A stretch of DNA of 63,325 nt, the filler included, from Craspedostauros australis (taxonomy: Eukaryota), in the NCBI GenBank assembly GCA_030167865.1. It is 12 parts of 12 records of this genome, joined end to end, with 100 filler letters (N's around TTAATTAATTAA, not from the genome) between each part and the next. Parts side by side here need not be neighbours in the genome. Positions count along the whole stretch, not along the records: positions 1 to 14,391 come from JALAGF010000218.1; 11 more parts are not named here. The stretch is one strand, 5' to 3'. The translations under genes and the position numbers were made by a program. Positions within the stretch are counted from its first letter, which is position 1. Every line of letters starts with the position of its first letter. Below the pieces are notes generated by a model that had not been told where the DNA came from, made no database searches, and saw only the letters and a program-made list of their open reading frames with translations. This document shows positions 1 to 13,400 of the stretch, in pieces.

Positions 1-302
1 GACCAAATAAGACAACAACACGACGAACTGCGGGAAACTGGCGCAGGTCGAGGATTCACATCGCGGTGGATCGTTAGGAATTAGGAAATGATCTGACTCA
101 ATAGGAGTCAGAACTACACGAGTTTGCAGGGCAACTGGAGATTGACATGAGTTGACTTTTGACAGACAAGTCNNNNNNNNNNNNNNNNGAGAAAGAGGAA
201 TCACCAACCTACAAACCCGGGATAACAGAACAACTAACTTAGTGAACCAATTGTAGCCCCACCCGGTCTACATGAGCAACAGGATTGAGACCTGTTTCAA
301 CA
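1..302. mobile_element. Probable LTR terminus (partial)
   Basis: Ends ...TTTCAACA at 302 (TGTTG on minus), the Copia LTR terminal motif, where coding-like sequence ceases; the other end is outside the window. Confidence 0.4.
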
Positions 303-1351
303 TAGGACACTATGCCAGTCTCATCATAGTTGTTGTTTACCAAGGCGGAGGAGAAGTAGTCAGGGCAAGTTGCTGGGATGGTCTTCGTCTCTGGGTCGTA
401 GTCAGTATCGAAGTCGGTAACACAGGTAGTCCATTCCTCCTTTGTCTTGGCCTCGTATGGTCCCCATGCATCTCGAAGGTCTGCACAAGACATGGACAGG
501 CCATTGTCGGCGGCCAAGGTAAGTCGGGCGTAGAGAACGATGGACATGGGTGGGAGGCACCCTTCGTCGCAACCGAAGCAGTGATCATTCTCTTCCAGGA
601 TGCGCTGAGTGTTCTCTTCAGCAACGCAGAGGTCGTGGATGACATCTGCATCGAGGGCTGACTTGGAGTTCTTGATCTTCCAAACTGGCCAGAGACGGGA
701 GGAGTTGGTCATGGATTCCGAATTGTACCAGCTGAAGTCGCAGCCAGGCATGAGGTCGGTGTTGTCCTCAAGGCGACGGCGAAATTCGCTTGTCATTGCG
801 AATGGCATTGCGTGGCGATTTCCATGTCCGTGCACATGCGCACGCGCACGATTTCCGATAACAGAGGATGTTTGAAAAAGGGTGGACGAAGCCGGAGTCG
901 AAGTAGAGATCGATGTCATTCGACGATTGCCGCCATCAGCGGTGCTCGTCTTCTTGGCGTCGTCCTTGTCGTCGCTATCATCATCGTATCCTGGTTGGAC
1001 GTTGTTGATGAGGTCACTCCATGCCGTTTCTCCCTCGTTGAAGATGTAGTCTCGGTTCAACTCGGTGAGCAGCACTTGCGCAGTGCGATCGGAGATCTTG
1101 GTGCCGCGCGACTCCCATCCACCCGTGTCAGCATCAACGCTGAACTCGCCAGCGATCATGCCAATGGCGGAAAAGACCACAGCAGCCACGAGGGAGCCGA
1201 CGAGGTACCTGCACGGGTTGCGCGCGACGTGCCTGGCCACGCGTTGCCAGACCTTCTGGTTCCCGTTTCCGTTCCCGTTGCCGTTCTCCTCTGGAGCAGC
1301 TTCATCGGGAACGACAGGTGGGTCTGCCTCCACGTCAACGCCATGAATCAT
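303..1351 (-). pseudogene. 5' part of a Dispatched/Patched-like (RND-type) membrane protein gene, interrupted at ~302 by LTR-like sequence
   Basis: ATG at 1351; motif RVARHVARNP followed by a TM helix (YLVGSLVAAVVFSAIGMIAG), GWESRGTKISDR and a Cys-rich luminal loop. The frame runs into TGTTGAAAC... and stops 20 codons later. Family call is by resemblance only. Confidence 0.5.
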
Positions 1352-2169
1352 GATGACTAGTCTTGGTTTTGCTTCTGTTAGAATTGTTCTTGTCGACGAT
1401 GAGATATCGTCACTGTGACATACATGCAATAGAATAGAACGAAATGAGATGGATAGAATGAGTGTGAGTGCGTATGTGAGTGCCAGATTGAGCGGTTGAT
1501 GGCATTGTCGATGCCGTTATTGTTGCAGCTCGAGGTTAACTTGCCTTGCTTTGTTTTGCTATGCCTTTCTATCTTTGAATGTGCTTTTGCCTTTTTCGAT
1601 TCAAAGATTTGTGAGTCCTTGATGTCTGCATCTTCTTCTGAGGCAGATTTCACCTTGTGATCCCACTGTGTGATGGTCTTGACAGATGCGCAACCGTGTC
1701 TGTGGGGTGCTTAGCTTGCTGCTTGTCTTGCTGCTTGATGCTCGATGCTTGATCCTTGTGCGTGGACCTTTGTCGTCCTCTGAAGATTGCATGTCACTCT
1801 CGACAGAGACGTCGCCGTGCACTGTCACGATCCGAGATCCACATCAGGCAGCTTCTTGGGCGAGTCACACAAAGCACACCCGTCGGAGTCCAACAGACTT
1901 TTGTACTCTGAACTGATGGGGGAGATACGAAAGTAGGGAGCGCCTCCACTCTTGGTTTTAGTTAGTGTGTGAAGAGGCGATAAGACCCAGAAAACGAAAG
2001 CGGCAAGAACGCCGGTGGAAAGTACGAGCCTCGAGCATGAAGGCGACATGACATGAACATTTAGGAATGTTCGTCGGCCCCATGGTTCACGACTTGGTCA
2101 CTGGCCCGCAATTGTAAATGAACAACGACGAACCTATCCAACGCGGCTTCAAGTGCTCTACAGTAAAGT

Positions 2170-2198
2170 GTGTAGAGTAGGTAGGGTATGTAGGGTAT
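2170..2198. repeat. (GTAGGGTAT)x3 minisatellite
   Basis: Visible 9-bp tandem repeat. Confidence 0.8.
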
Positions 2199-3403
2199 GT
2201 AGGGTATGTACGATCGGTATGTCGGAGGACGGAACGGCGCGGTCCGCCTGCACAACGTACTCGTACAAACTGTGGTGCACGAGCCGAAGACCTTGCGCGA
2301 CTCATGCCCTGCTTCAGTGGTCAGTATCGTCCGTGTCGCCACCATCGTCAGTGTTGCCAGTGCCAGAAACATTCCCGCGTCCGGACTGTTTTGTGATCTT
2401 TGTGAGGAGTTCGGCCCCATCCACCGATCCGGGAGAAGGCGTCCGCGCACCTTCGCATGTCCGTGTCACATCCACCCACGAAAGGAAGTTGACACCGCGA
2501 GCGAACTTTCATGGTTCTCTTGTCGCATTAACTGAATGACATGGATATGGTGTGTACGTCGTCAGCGTCATCCTCGACTCAGTGGAACAAAACGGTTCGG
2601 AAACTCTTGTTGAGGTTCGGCATGACGTCACGGACCAGACAAAGGTCAGACCCGAACCTCAACCATCGTTGTTTGCTAATCAGGCTAGTCGTGTGTCTGT
2701 ACCACAACCGAACCTGGCATGTTTATAACCACAAAGGGATAACAACGAAGGCAGCAGTAAATCTTGTTGTTTCTCGATGTCTCCGCCAAATGTGTCATAA
2801 TCTCCCAAACAATGTCAAAGATACCGTTGACACAATTTTTGTGAGTAACAATGTCTTCGAAGGAGTGGTTCAGCACATGGCATCCGACGTTGTCTATTAG
2901 ATCAAAAGTCTATATTCACCTTAGTCTATTTCTAATCTTGTTTTCCATCAATTGTGTCAGGTCAAGCATGAGACTTTTGGTCATGAACCATTTTCTCTTT
3001 CTCTGTTGACCTCATTTACCACAATGCCTGATGGTCCTCAGATACCTGTCTTGGTGTCTGAAGATGGTAACAAGCTGATACATGGACGTCAGGCCCTGCA
3101 TGTCATTGCCCTTATGTGCACATGAACATACATGTCTGAATCCCTGCAAATCCACCTTCACAGGCCATGTCTACTGTCTTGTTGAGTGAATGTATCTGAG
3201 CATCTTGGCTCAGATACAAGCTCATCAATCCCATCAAATTTGGCAAGATCTTATTTCTGCAATGATCAGATTTGTTGCACGCATCATTGTTGTTCCAAAA
3301 GGCAAGATTGGTATTAGAGGTGTCATGAACCTCCTCAGTCTTGCAAACTTGACAAAATCTTCATGCTCTGCACTTCATGCACTGCACTTCATGCTCTGCT
3401 GTG

Positions 3404-4210
3404 TGTCGAGATGTACATGCGTGTATGTGTCAAGGTGTACGTGTGTATGTGCATCGTTCACCTGGTATTCTCGAATACATGTTTGGACGGTAAAACTACA
3501 TTCGTGTCAATAGTATGCTGTGATTTGTCAAAATCACAGCGGAAATGGAACACACGAAAATGAGCAGAATTTCTGGAGGAAATTTGCAATCAACGATTTC
3601 TGAGAGAATCAGGACCATCGTCCGTCCATCCATCAATGAAAACGTATGGTATCGAGCGAAGCTCGATGTACCTCCCAACTAAACCCCAGATGACAATATC
3701 ATCTGAGAGACCATCGCATCATCAATGGAACGTGACATCTGGAGGAACAGGAAGACGACAGCTGACGTAGACAGGATGTCATCATGTCACCATGTTGACA
3801 TCTGTCTCCAGGTCAGAGCAGGAGGCAAAGATCCAATGACCGAAGGGCATTGAGATCATGGATACAGGAAGTGAAGTTCAAATGGTAAGAACTCATGGAG
3901 TAAGAACCAGTAGTGAATGAACGGAGCGTTGAATGTGGAGTACACATTCAACACGGAGTATCATGTAGCAGGAGCATACGATACTAAGAGAGAGAGAGAG
4001 AGAATACAAAGAATAGTGAGAGAGCATCTCGCACACCGACTCATAGTTGGAGACCGAATCTACAAAACAGATTGAAGCACTGAGAGCATTGGGCAAAAGA
4101 ACGGACACCAAGAGGATCGGAGTGCCAACGTAATGAAATAGCAAACGAACGACTATCAACCAACACCATCTTCCACGATCGTAGGCTTCCGTGAGCGGAA
4201 CTTGCCAACA
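3404..4210. mobile_element. Solo-LTR-like dispersed repeat, copy 1 (~807 bp)
   Basis: Bounded by TGTCGAG...TGCCAACA (TG..CA, imperfect terminal inverted repeat); colinear with 36105-36889 and similarity stops at the same termini. Confidence 0.75.
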
Positions 4211-4778
4211 GGCAAATGTGTTCAAAAAACAACTAGTGTCATTATATCGCCCATAATATAGGCTTTAAGCTTGGGTCGTTAAGGGATAACGTACGTACGT
4301 ACGTCGGTGCGGAACTCTATCCAACAACGATCAATTGGGTCGATCTCGAGAATGATTCACGAACGCGCTTGAGTACCACAACGTCGGTATAATAGAACAA
4401 GGCTGACTTCTCATAGACTCCAGAGAGTAGATTGTGGTGCAACCACAAGGTGCTATCCTTTTGGCTGCACTTTGTTTGAACTAGAATTGATCGTTGGGTA
4501 CACTACAAGTACTCGTGCATTTTTGCCATCCTTTGGAGACAAATTGCACCTCCAATTTGACTGGATAGACAAGCCACGCAGGCCAGTACCAAGGAAAATC
4601 AATGGGAATATGTGTGCTATGTACCTTTCCTGTGCTGTGCTCCCCCATGCTGCTTGTATTCTTTGAATGCTGGCTACCATCCAGTGAATCTCCAGATGCC
4701 GATCCCAATTCAAAGGCATGCGCTCTGTTCTGTTATTTGTATCAAGGCTGATAAATACCAAGTGTGGTGCCGGCAACC

Positions 4779-7700
4779 TTACTTCTCCTTTTCCGGGCCG
4801 CTGGGTCCAACGCAATGCTTCTCAACGAAGCCAGCAACGATGTTCTGACCCTTTCGCGCCCATTCCTCCCGATTGGCCTTGGCATAGTCCAGACATTCGT
4901 CACTGGATACCCCAAAGACTCCACAGCTCTCCAACTTACCTGCCAGAGGGATGACGTAATTGTCAAAGAACCACAGTTCGCCTTTGTACCATCCGTCGGC
5001 AGGGTTCTTCGCCGCTCGCCCTTGCTTGTAGGCCTCATGCATTTCGCTGAACAGTCGTTCGTTCCATGCCTGGTAGACGTGCCAGTGTTGCATCGTGTGA
5101 GCCACATCCGATGCTTGGATGATGTGCTCGATGACGATCGTCGCCTTGCGATTCCTGTCAATGGAATGAATAGTCCCCGTCATATCCATGAGGCTGCTCG
5201 TGCCGGGGCTCATTCTGACACCGGCAGCAGCTTGTTCGCCTCTGTTCGCGAATGCCAGATTCCACCGATTCTTGCGCAGCGCACCCAGTTCCTTGTCGAA
5301 GATGTCGGTGGCGAGGACGGAATTGACGATGATCTGCCGGAACCGTCTCATCTCATCTCCGTTGGTGTAGATGCATCGTCGCAACGCTTTAAAGCGATTG
5401 GCCATCAGCATTCCCCAGGCGACGTCCACGGAGTTTTGTTCCGCGACGCTCTTGTTCTTGTACATCTTCCCAAGTTCGGCGTCTTCGACGATGAGCTGTG
5501 CGTTGGAGACACCTCGATGGTCGACATCATGGATGAGGGCCGAGAGGACGACGGCAAACTGAGTCAGCGGGTCAGAAGTGATGCCGTGTGTGTGGTCGTG
5601 CAGTTCCTCGGCACCTCGCCTCGAGCTTGCATCCTGATTCGCCCCGTCCATCCCACAAACGATGTCCGGGCGTTTCGGTGCGACGATGCGAGACAGCAGC
5701 TTGTGCACCGACATGGCGACGTGGCTCGCATGCTCGAAGTTGTGGAATGGGTTGTTCCGGTAAGATGCGGCCACCAGCGTTATGAAGTCTTTCATTTGTG
5801 TCTCGGCTTCGAGCGAAAGACGTGCGTGGGACGATTCGTTGTAGTTGTGACGCTGTGTGAAGTCTGGCAGTTCCACAACGGGCACCACCTCGTCCAGGAC
5901 GGTGTCGGACAGCCCAACCGAACTCTCCAGTTCGACCAGTCGAGACTCAGCCATACTGCCCATTCTCTGATTGCCTGGGTGCTGATCCCGGCTTGCCACA
6001 ACTTGTTTCAACAACCTGAGCAGAAACGTCGTGTTCCAATCGATCAGACGTTGGATGTTCTGATCGTTAGCACGAGCCCTCTGAAGCTCGGCCTGCCGTT
6101 CTTTCATTGCCAAGTGGGAAGAACCTTCGCCCGGCCCAGAAATGGTGGACCTTCCTTGGATGATGTCGCCGTCGTTGTCGCACAGCCAGAATGTTTGAAG
6201 TTCACCTTTGCCCTTCGCAAAGACAACATCCTTGCGTGGCTTTGCCCAGTGCGCTTTGTTCCTGGCCGCCAGCTGATCAGCCGTTTGCTGCGAGAGCTGG
6301 ATGCGGTTGGGTAGACCGGTGGACTCTATCCTGGCAGCTGTATTCACGGTGTCGCCAAACAGCTGAAAGCGTGCCTTCTCACCGCGGAGGACGCCTGCCG
6401 TCGTTGGCCCACTGTGCAGTCCAAACCTCATACCGAGGTTGCCGGTTCCAGGACCCAGCAGGACTTCCAGCTCTGCGACGACCTCTTGCATGGCGACGGC
6501 GCATTCCCTTGAGAACCGTGCCATGATCACCGCATGATCTGGGCGTGGTGTTGGTAGACCTGCCACAGCCACGTAGCAATCGCCCACAGTCTCGACCTTG
6601 AAGATCTTGCGTCGCTTCGCGATCCGATCGAATGAGCTGTACACAGCTTCCAGAAGTGTGAAGACGTGCGTGGGCTCGCGCATTGAGCTCCATGCCGTGA
6701 AACCTTGGATGTCTGCGAACATCACTGTCGTGTGCGGAAATAAATCTGCGACAGGTGATCCGCCGGTATCAGCACCATGTGTCACGTTGCTTCCTGTGAG
6801 CGTACCTTTCTGTGGCATGGCATGAGGCTGCCTGCCATTCCCGTCATTAATCCGGTTCTCAAACAGCCGATCGCGGAACTCGGACGGGAAGAGTTCCGAC
6901 ACGATCGCGTCAGTCTTCGCGGCGGAATTCATCACTTTCTCCTGCCGTCGTTGCACGAGCTTGTCATATCCGATGAAGACCAGCGAGGTAAAAACGAAGA
7001 CGAGGGTCACGATGATTGTGAACACAAGCGGCGTTGACGTCTTGTAGGAATCGTGAAGGTCTTTCGTTGGGTAGATTGCGATGGAGTACGTGCACAAGCC
7101 GAATTCGCCCTCGGGCGGTCTGAATGCCTCGATGACGGTTGATCGTTTCAAGTGTCTGTACCGTGGTTCGTGGATGCTGCCCATGCCAAGGAAGGTGACC
7201 ACCGGTCCTTGAACAAGGTAGGTGAAGGTGGATCCACAGTCCGTGGAGATGACGGCATTGATGTCTCCGATGCCTTCTCCCAGGAGACCGGACAAGAAGA
7301 AGGTCCATGAAATAGGGCTCATGAGCAGGCCTGACATAATTGCATCATCGGTGAAGTTGGACATGACGGGGATCATGTAGCTGCAGGCTGGTTCCGTGTT
7401 GGATGTGAGAGCGCCACCCACGAATTCATTGGCGTTGTAGGTGTCTGTGAGGACTGGCTTCTTGCTGTGGTCCATCGGTTCCACGACGTTGGCGAATTGT
7501 GGAAGGGATCCCAAGTTGGCATTGATTCCAAGCAACATGTACGGGAAGACGGGGCCACCGGCCGTGATTGGGATCCACGGAGGGTCGTCGCGAACTCGTG
7601 GCCACCCGCCTTCTGGTGGGAATGCACCAATGTCGGAATTCTTCTCGACTGTGAATACGTAGGGCACGAGCATGGTGTCATCTGGAACGGGAAGATCGGC

Positions 7701-8581
7701 ATCTTTCATCTCATTGGCGATGTACTGCTCCGTGTTGTTGGCACTGTAGGCCTCGTACTTCTCCAGTTCTTCGGTTGATCGCAGCACTGGTGCGTAGCTG
7801 ACCGCGACCGAACCTGATGTAACAGTGGCATGGGCTGCCATGCGAGAGAGATGCGGGATAGCAGAGGTAGTCCAATCACCATTCGTCAGGAGGACGTAGT
7901 TGGTGATGGAGGCAGCAAAACCAGCAAATGCGTTGGTTGCGACCTTTGCGTTTCTGTTGATCGCATTGATTATCTCCGATGCGTACGATTCGAACTGCGG
8001 AGGTTGGATCGTTTGAGGGTTTTGTAACAATAGTTGGAGTGGTTGCTTGCGCAGCGACGTGTGGATGAGAAGATACCGCATTGGCAAGTCCAGCGCGAGT
8101 GCGAGTTGGGTGTGAGAGGAAGGTTGAGAGGCCACCACACAGACAGACATGCACGAACATGTGAATGGACGACCAAATGTCTCATGGGATAGAGCATGCG
8201 GCGATGAAGGCCGGTCGACAATCAACCATGGTCCCCAGAGAGCGAGTCACAACCCAACGAATAAAACGCCACCGCCACCAACAGGAAACGCCTGACACGT
8301 ACCTCATTCTCGAACTCATTTTCTTCGGCCTGGGACGTGAAGGAATAGGTGAGAACTGCAGCTCCAGTGGCAGCCATGATCAACGCTCCAATGAAGATCA
8401 GCCGCCCTCGGACAACGGCTTTGTTTTCCTTGACAGCAAGCTGGAACTGCTCGTGGTCCGCCTCATGTCCGCCGCTGACGCTTCCCGAATACTCGGATGC
8501 GGTTATCGCACTTCTGTACGGGTAGTCTGTATTCTCAGTGACGTGCGAGGGATCGGTGACGGCCATGGTGTCCTCCTCCAT
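4779..8581 (-). CDS. Bifunctional class III nucleotide cyclase / class I phosphodiesterase with TM-sensor(CHASE-like)-TM N-terminus; exons 8581-8303 and 7994-4779
   Basis: Cyclase motifs TVMFADIQGFT, KVETVGDCY, RFGLHSG, FQLFGDTVNTAARIES; PDE motifs YRNNPFHNFEHASHV, IHDVDHRG, ATDI, ASDVAH; phase-0 GT-AG intron 8302-7995 joining EFENE|FESYASEII. Start codon uncertain (upstream in-frame ATGs exist). Confidence 0.92.
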
Positions 8582-9941
8582 CGTGGTGTTAGAGCTGTGA
8601 CTTGGCTTCTTCTTGTTCTTCTGGGCTGGTGTTGGCACTTGTCCTTTTGTGGCTGATGTGACGTTTTTGTGGCTGATGTGACGTTTTGAACTCCAGCTGA
8701 CGGAGAGCGGAGCGATCGCTCCTCTTTCCAGTTTCTTCGACACGATTGGTCTCTTGTCGCGGCTCCAACTCCTTTCTGCCGCACTTCGTCGAGCTCTTTG
8801 TGCTCCTCCTGTTCCCTTGCTCATGCTCTCTTGGTCGTTGTGATTCTCGATTCTTCGTTGTCCTTGGTCGTTGATTGTCTGGACTTGTTTGAGATCCGGT
8901 GCCGAGTTTGGCTTGCCCGCTTGGTCAGAGATTCTTGTGCTTCTGCTTCTCCGAGAATCAATTCTTGCACAGGGAGAGCGGCATCGGCAGAGTGACCACT
9001 CACATCGCCACGCCCCACCATTCAGTGATGATGAGGTAACAGCGGCAACGCAGATACCAGCGACAAATGTGCTGATGTCCGCGAATACTCCGATGTTGCC
9101 CCTGCCATAGTCGTACATCGTGGGAGGCGCCATCCGGAGGGGACTGTCGCACGCCGAACAGAGGAGGAAGCGTTGGCAGAGTTCGAGGACGGACACCTCG
9201 CACCTTCTTCCCCTTCCCCTCTTGTGGAGTCGAAGCGATTGGGCGGCTTCGTTGGCCGTGTGTATCCGAACTCGTGATCTTGCTCACACATGTGCATGTG
9301 CGTTCGTCGTGTTCCATGGCCGTCGTGGTTGGAGGAGTTTGTGCCTCACTTGTATCTTGTGAACGCTTTGTTGTCACCTGTATTAATGACCGAGAAGAAA
9401 CGATAAAGTTGGTCACAACATTTGTTTCGTTCAAGTCTTTGGGCCCGATTGTCGTTGAGGAAGACCCAAGAGCAGAATTGTTGAGACGAGCGTTTCGCCG
9501 ACTGCGTGCGCTGTGCATTGGCAGGTAGAACACACACGATGTTCGGAGCCAACTGTGCACAAGTCCAAATATCATTCGCGCAAATTCGCCAACCCCGGCA
9601 TTCGCGAGGACAAGCAGGAAACGTCAAGGCTTGCGTCATCCATGAGCGACCGGTGCAAATGCTTGACGAGCGATTGATAGAAAGCAGCAGTTGAAGTTCA
9701 ATTAAGGTCACACTCCTTTTCATCTCCTTCGTCAAAGACTTTTGTGAACATGACGTGCGATGATGGTGTTGAGCGCGATCAGCACTGTTTGAAGCTTCTC
9801 TCAGTCCTGGTGCGCGATTGTTTCTCTGCTCGTGCTCCGATCGTTTGTGTTCGGCGACCCATTTGTCTCGTCTTGTCTGTTTCGCATAATAGAGTGTCCT
9901 ATATGTACATTCCGTGGCGTAGATGGTCCCAATGCAATGTG

Positions 9942-10433
9942 TGTTGTCTACTCTAGAGTTGAACAATGCAGACTAAGTACAGGTACAATGGAACTCCTGA
10001 TTCTGCTCATTTCCTCCGTCGTTTCGCTATTCATCAGGAATAACTCTGGAGAGAGGGTGCGCTGGAGCATGTGTACCAGTGGAGCAGCCCGATGCGGTCC
10101 ATTGTGCGAGTATTGGAAGACGCTTGGGTACAGTGCAATGCCACCAGGTGGTTGTTGAGGCAACTGCTCAACACCGGATGCTACCCGGCTATCAACCGAA
10201 GGTCAATCCAGATGTCGTACAGTGAGATTGGTGTGGGTGTGTATAATCAGATACTTTGAATTGGTTTTATGTCTGTTTTGCTGTTGCTGTTGCTGTCTCT
10301 GTTGTTTTCCCTTGGTTTGCTTGCGTGGTGCTGGTGGTGGCTGCCTGCTGTTGTTTCGCACCGTTTGGTGACGTCACGGGTCATTGGCGGTTTCGTGCCT
10401 TCGCCTCTCACAATTTGGCCTGATGCACCAACA
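9942..10433 (-). repeat. Putative 3' LTR of the Copia element, preceded by a polypurine tract
   Basis: Minus strand AAAGGAGTG|TGTTGG at 10433; candidate end ...GACAACA at 9942. The end is unconfirmed because the 5' LTR is missing. Confidence 0.6.
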
Positions 10434-13400
10434 CACTCCTTTGCACCGAGTAGGGCTTGTTTGTATGAGACCCCTGGTCGTGGGGCGTTGATCTTCCGGT
10501 TGAGAATGATGTCACGGAACCGCTTGAATTTGGCTCCCTGTAGTGGTTTGGTAAAGAAATCCCCGATCATGTCATCGGTGGGACAGTATCGGATTGTGAT
10601 TTCTCCTTTGTTGACGCGGTCACTGACAAAGAAGAAACGCATGTTGATGTGTCGCGTTTTCTTTCCACTGGACCCTCTCCCATTGTTTTCGAGCAGCATC
10701 GCGCTCTGGTTGTCTTGGTGAATGACGGTTGGGTCTGGGTGGATACCCTGTTCTTGCAGGAAGTATCGCGTCCATAACACCTGTGGCATGACATCGTCGA
10801 CAGCGACGAGTTCTGCCTCTGTGGAACTCTTTGTGTTGAGCTTTTGCTTGGATGAGACCCCGTAGATGGTTCCGTTCCCGGTGGACATGTAGGCTCCTGT
10901 GTGGCTTCGCATGTCACCGTGTACGCCGAAGGATCCGTCCACCCACCATTGCACATTTTGCAAGGATGATCCCCCCAGGGTGAGTGTCATGTCTCGGGTG
11001 GATCTGAGGTACTTGACTGTGCGCGCCAGCTTCTTGTAGTCGTCTGTGTCTGGGGACTTCACTCTTGTACATAGGAATGCGACCGCTGTTTGCAAGTCTG
11101 GTCGTGCCCTCTTGCAAAGGAACAACAGCTTGGCGACAATGTGGTGGAACATGTCGGCTGTGTCCTGGCTGAGTTTGGTTGGATTGTCGTTGTTGATAGC
11201 GAAGAGATGATCGGCAGCTGGTGATGTGGCCTTTCCGTGCATGTCTGCCGGCACTCCTTCGAGAATGCCGTCCACATATTCCCCCATGTCGATTCGCACC
11301 TCGTTGGGGGTGGTGTAGTCAAGACGCATACCGAGATAGTCGTGTACCTTGCCTCGTTTGATGGTGAGTGGGCTGTGTTGACCATACGCCTGGCTGAGCA
11401 TCTCGATGACGGAGTCCACGGCTGTGCTATCCTTGTGCGAGATCTTGAGATCATCCACATGCCACACAACGGTACATTGACTGCCATTGATGGTTTTGTT
11501 CGCGACACACCAGTCGTAGGGGTTGATGCTGAAACCGTTGTTGACTAGAGTAGTCGTTAGGTCCTTCCACCACTGCAGGGCTGCCTTCAGAGTGCCGTAG
11601 AGAGCCTTGGTTAGCTGCACGTAGATCGACGATTGGCCCCGCTTCTTTCGGACGTATTCTTCGTATACGTCTGGGGCGATTTTCGCGAGTAGCTCCGCCA
11701 TGCGGCCCTCAATGAGCACATGCACAACGTCCCCCTCCTCAAACTTGGTCTGCAAGAAAGCGCCGGGCACGTCAACAGTTGCCACATCACGATTCTCGTG
11801 GGCGTCGATTGTACAAGTGAGCATGAGACCAAGCAAAGAAACAGTGGGTGAGCTGGTTTCTTCTTTTGTCATGTACATGCGCTGTTTGCGTCCGTCGGCG
11901 CACCCACGTCCCTTGATGATGCCTGTGCGTTTCTCCTTGAGATACATAAGATACCGGAGTGATTGGGCCCTTTCGTCCTTTGTCAGTTGGTGCCAATGCT
12001 TCGGTTCAAAGCCTTCCATGTCGTGCACCTGTTGTAGCTCCTTGCTAATGGCAAGTTCACCACGCTCATGGAACAGCTTCAACCCTTGCTTCCAATTCAT
12101 TTGTTCAGTCAGGAAAACGCACGCGTTGTGTGATTCAGTTGGCTCCTCACATTTTTCCGATGTGATTTGAGTCATGGATGCATGTGCTTCATCTCTTCCC
12201 ACGTGGTGCAGCCGATGGTAGTCAATGCGTGGTTTGCGTCTGGCTCGTGCTGGTGGTGGATTCGCTGCTTCTGCTTCAGGTTCGTGTTGTCTGGCTCCTT
12301 CCACCACAATGTCGGGGACGAGGTCAAGATCTGCGTCCTCGTTGTCGGTGGTTTCGTCGCCGTCTTCAGGGTGATAGGAGCTGTCGTCGTCATCACTGTC
12401 ATCAGTGCTCTGATCGTTGTCGCTGTCATCGCTGTCGCTGTCATCGCTATCTTCGCTCTCTGATTCCGATGCATCATCGTTGGCATCAAGTGATTCATCA
12501 CTAGCTTCGGATTCGTCGTCGGGATCGTATTCGGAGTCGCTGTGATCGATGTCACCGTTGATGATTGAGATGATGTCCTGGTCGTTGGCGTCTGCAAAAG
12601 TGAGGTCCTTCTTGCCTCTCGAATGCTTAGCGGTGGCGTGGACGTGGTCAATCACGTCGTCTGGCATGGACAGAGGGGTCCAGCTGCGTCGGTGTAGTCG
12701 CCGTCCGGTCTTGAGACTGTAGAACAGATATCCCCCTTGGTCATTGCCGGATGGTCGTAGCGCGAGTGCGCCCACCGTTCGAGGTACCATTGAGTTGTCG
12801 TGCTGCTCATGTGTTTGGACGTACAATCCAAACTCGATGCGGCAGTGACTGGCGAAATCCAGTTTGCGTCCCACCACGATTTCCGATGGACTCATTCGTT
12901 TGGAGATGCCGTCTTGGTGCGGGAACATGTTGCTCCAGTACACCGAGTGGTACACCATTTCGATGATGAGTGCGGGTGGATAGTGGCGGAAAGGAAGGGC
13001 GTTGTAGGTACTGCGAGTCCGTTCCTTGATGGTTCTGATGTATCTTTCGATAGCGGGGACGTGTTCGTCTCGGGATGTAACGTTGATTGCAATGCCATCG
13101 GCAGCCAGGTCACCTCGCATGGAAGCGAACTGGTTATCGGTGAGCACCATGTTGACTTTGAACCCGCGCTGCTTGTACAGCTTCATCACCTCGTGGAACT
13201 GGTGGGTGATCGCCTTGTTCGATTCGGAGTCCAATTTCGCCACCGTCCCGAACTTGATGTGCTGCGAGACAGTAACAAGGAATGGGATTCCGCTCACTTT
13301 CATGATATCGGCAGAGAGAGTCACCTGTTGGTATTCCTTCATGATGTATGCAGGCAAGTTGGTAACACTTGCTGTGACCACTGGCGATGCTGTGCGTGTG

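Noticed and set aside
4764..6314. 516-aa plus-strand ORF
   Set aside because: Antisense shadow of the cyclase-PDE gene; no motifs.
8645..8687. 20-bp direct repeat upstream of the cyclase gene
   Set aside because: Simple local duplication with no evidence of function.
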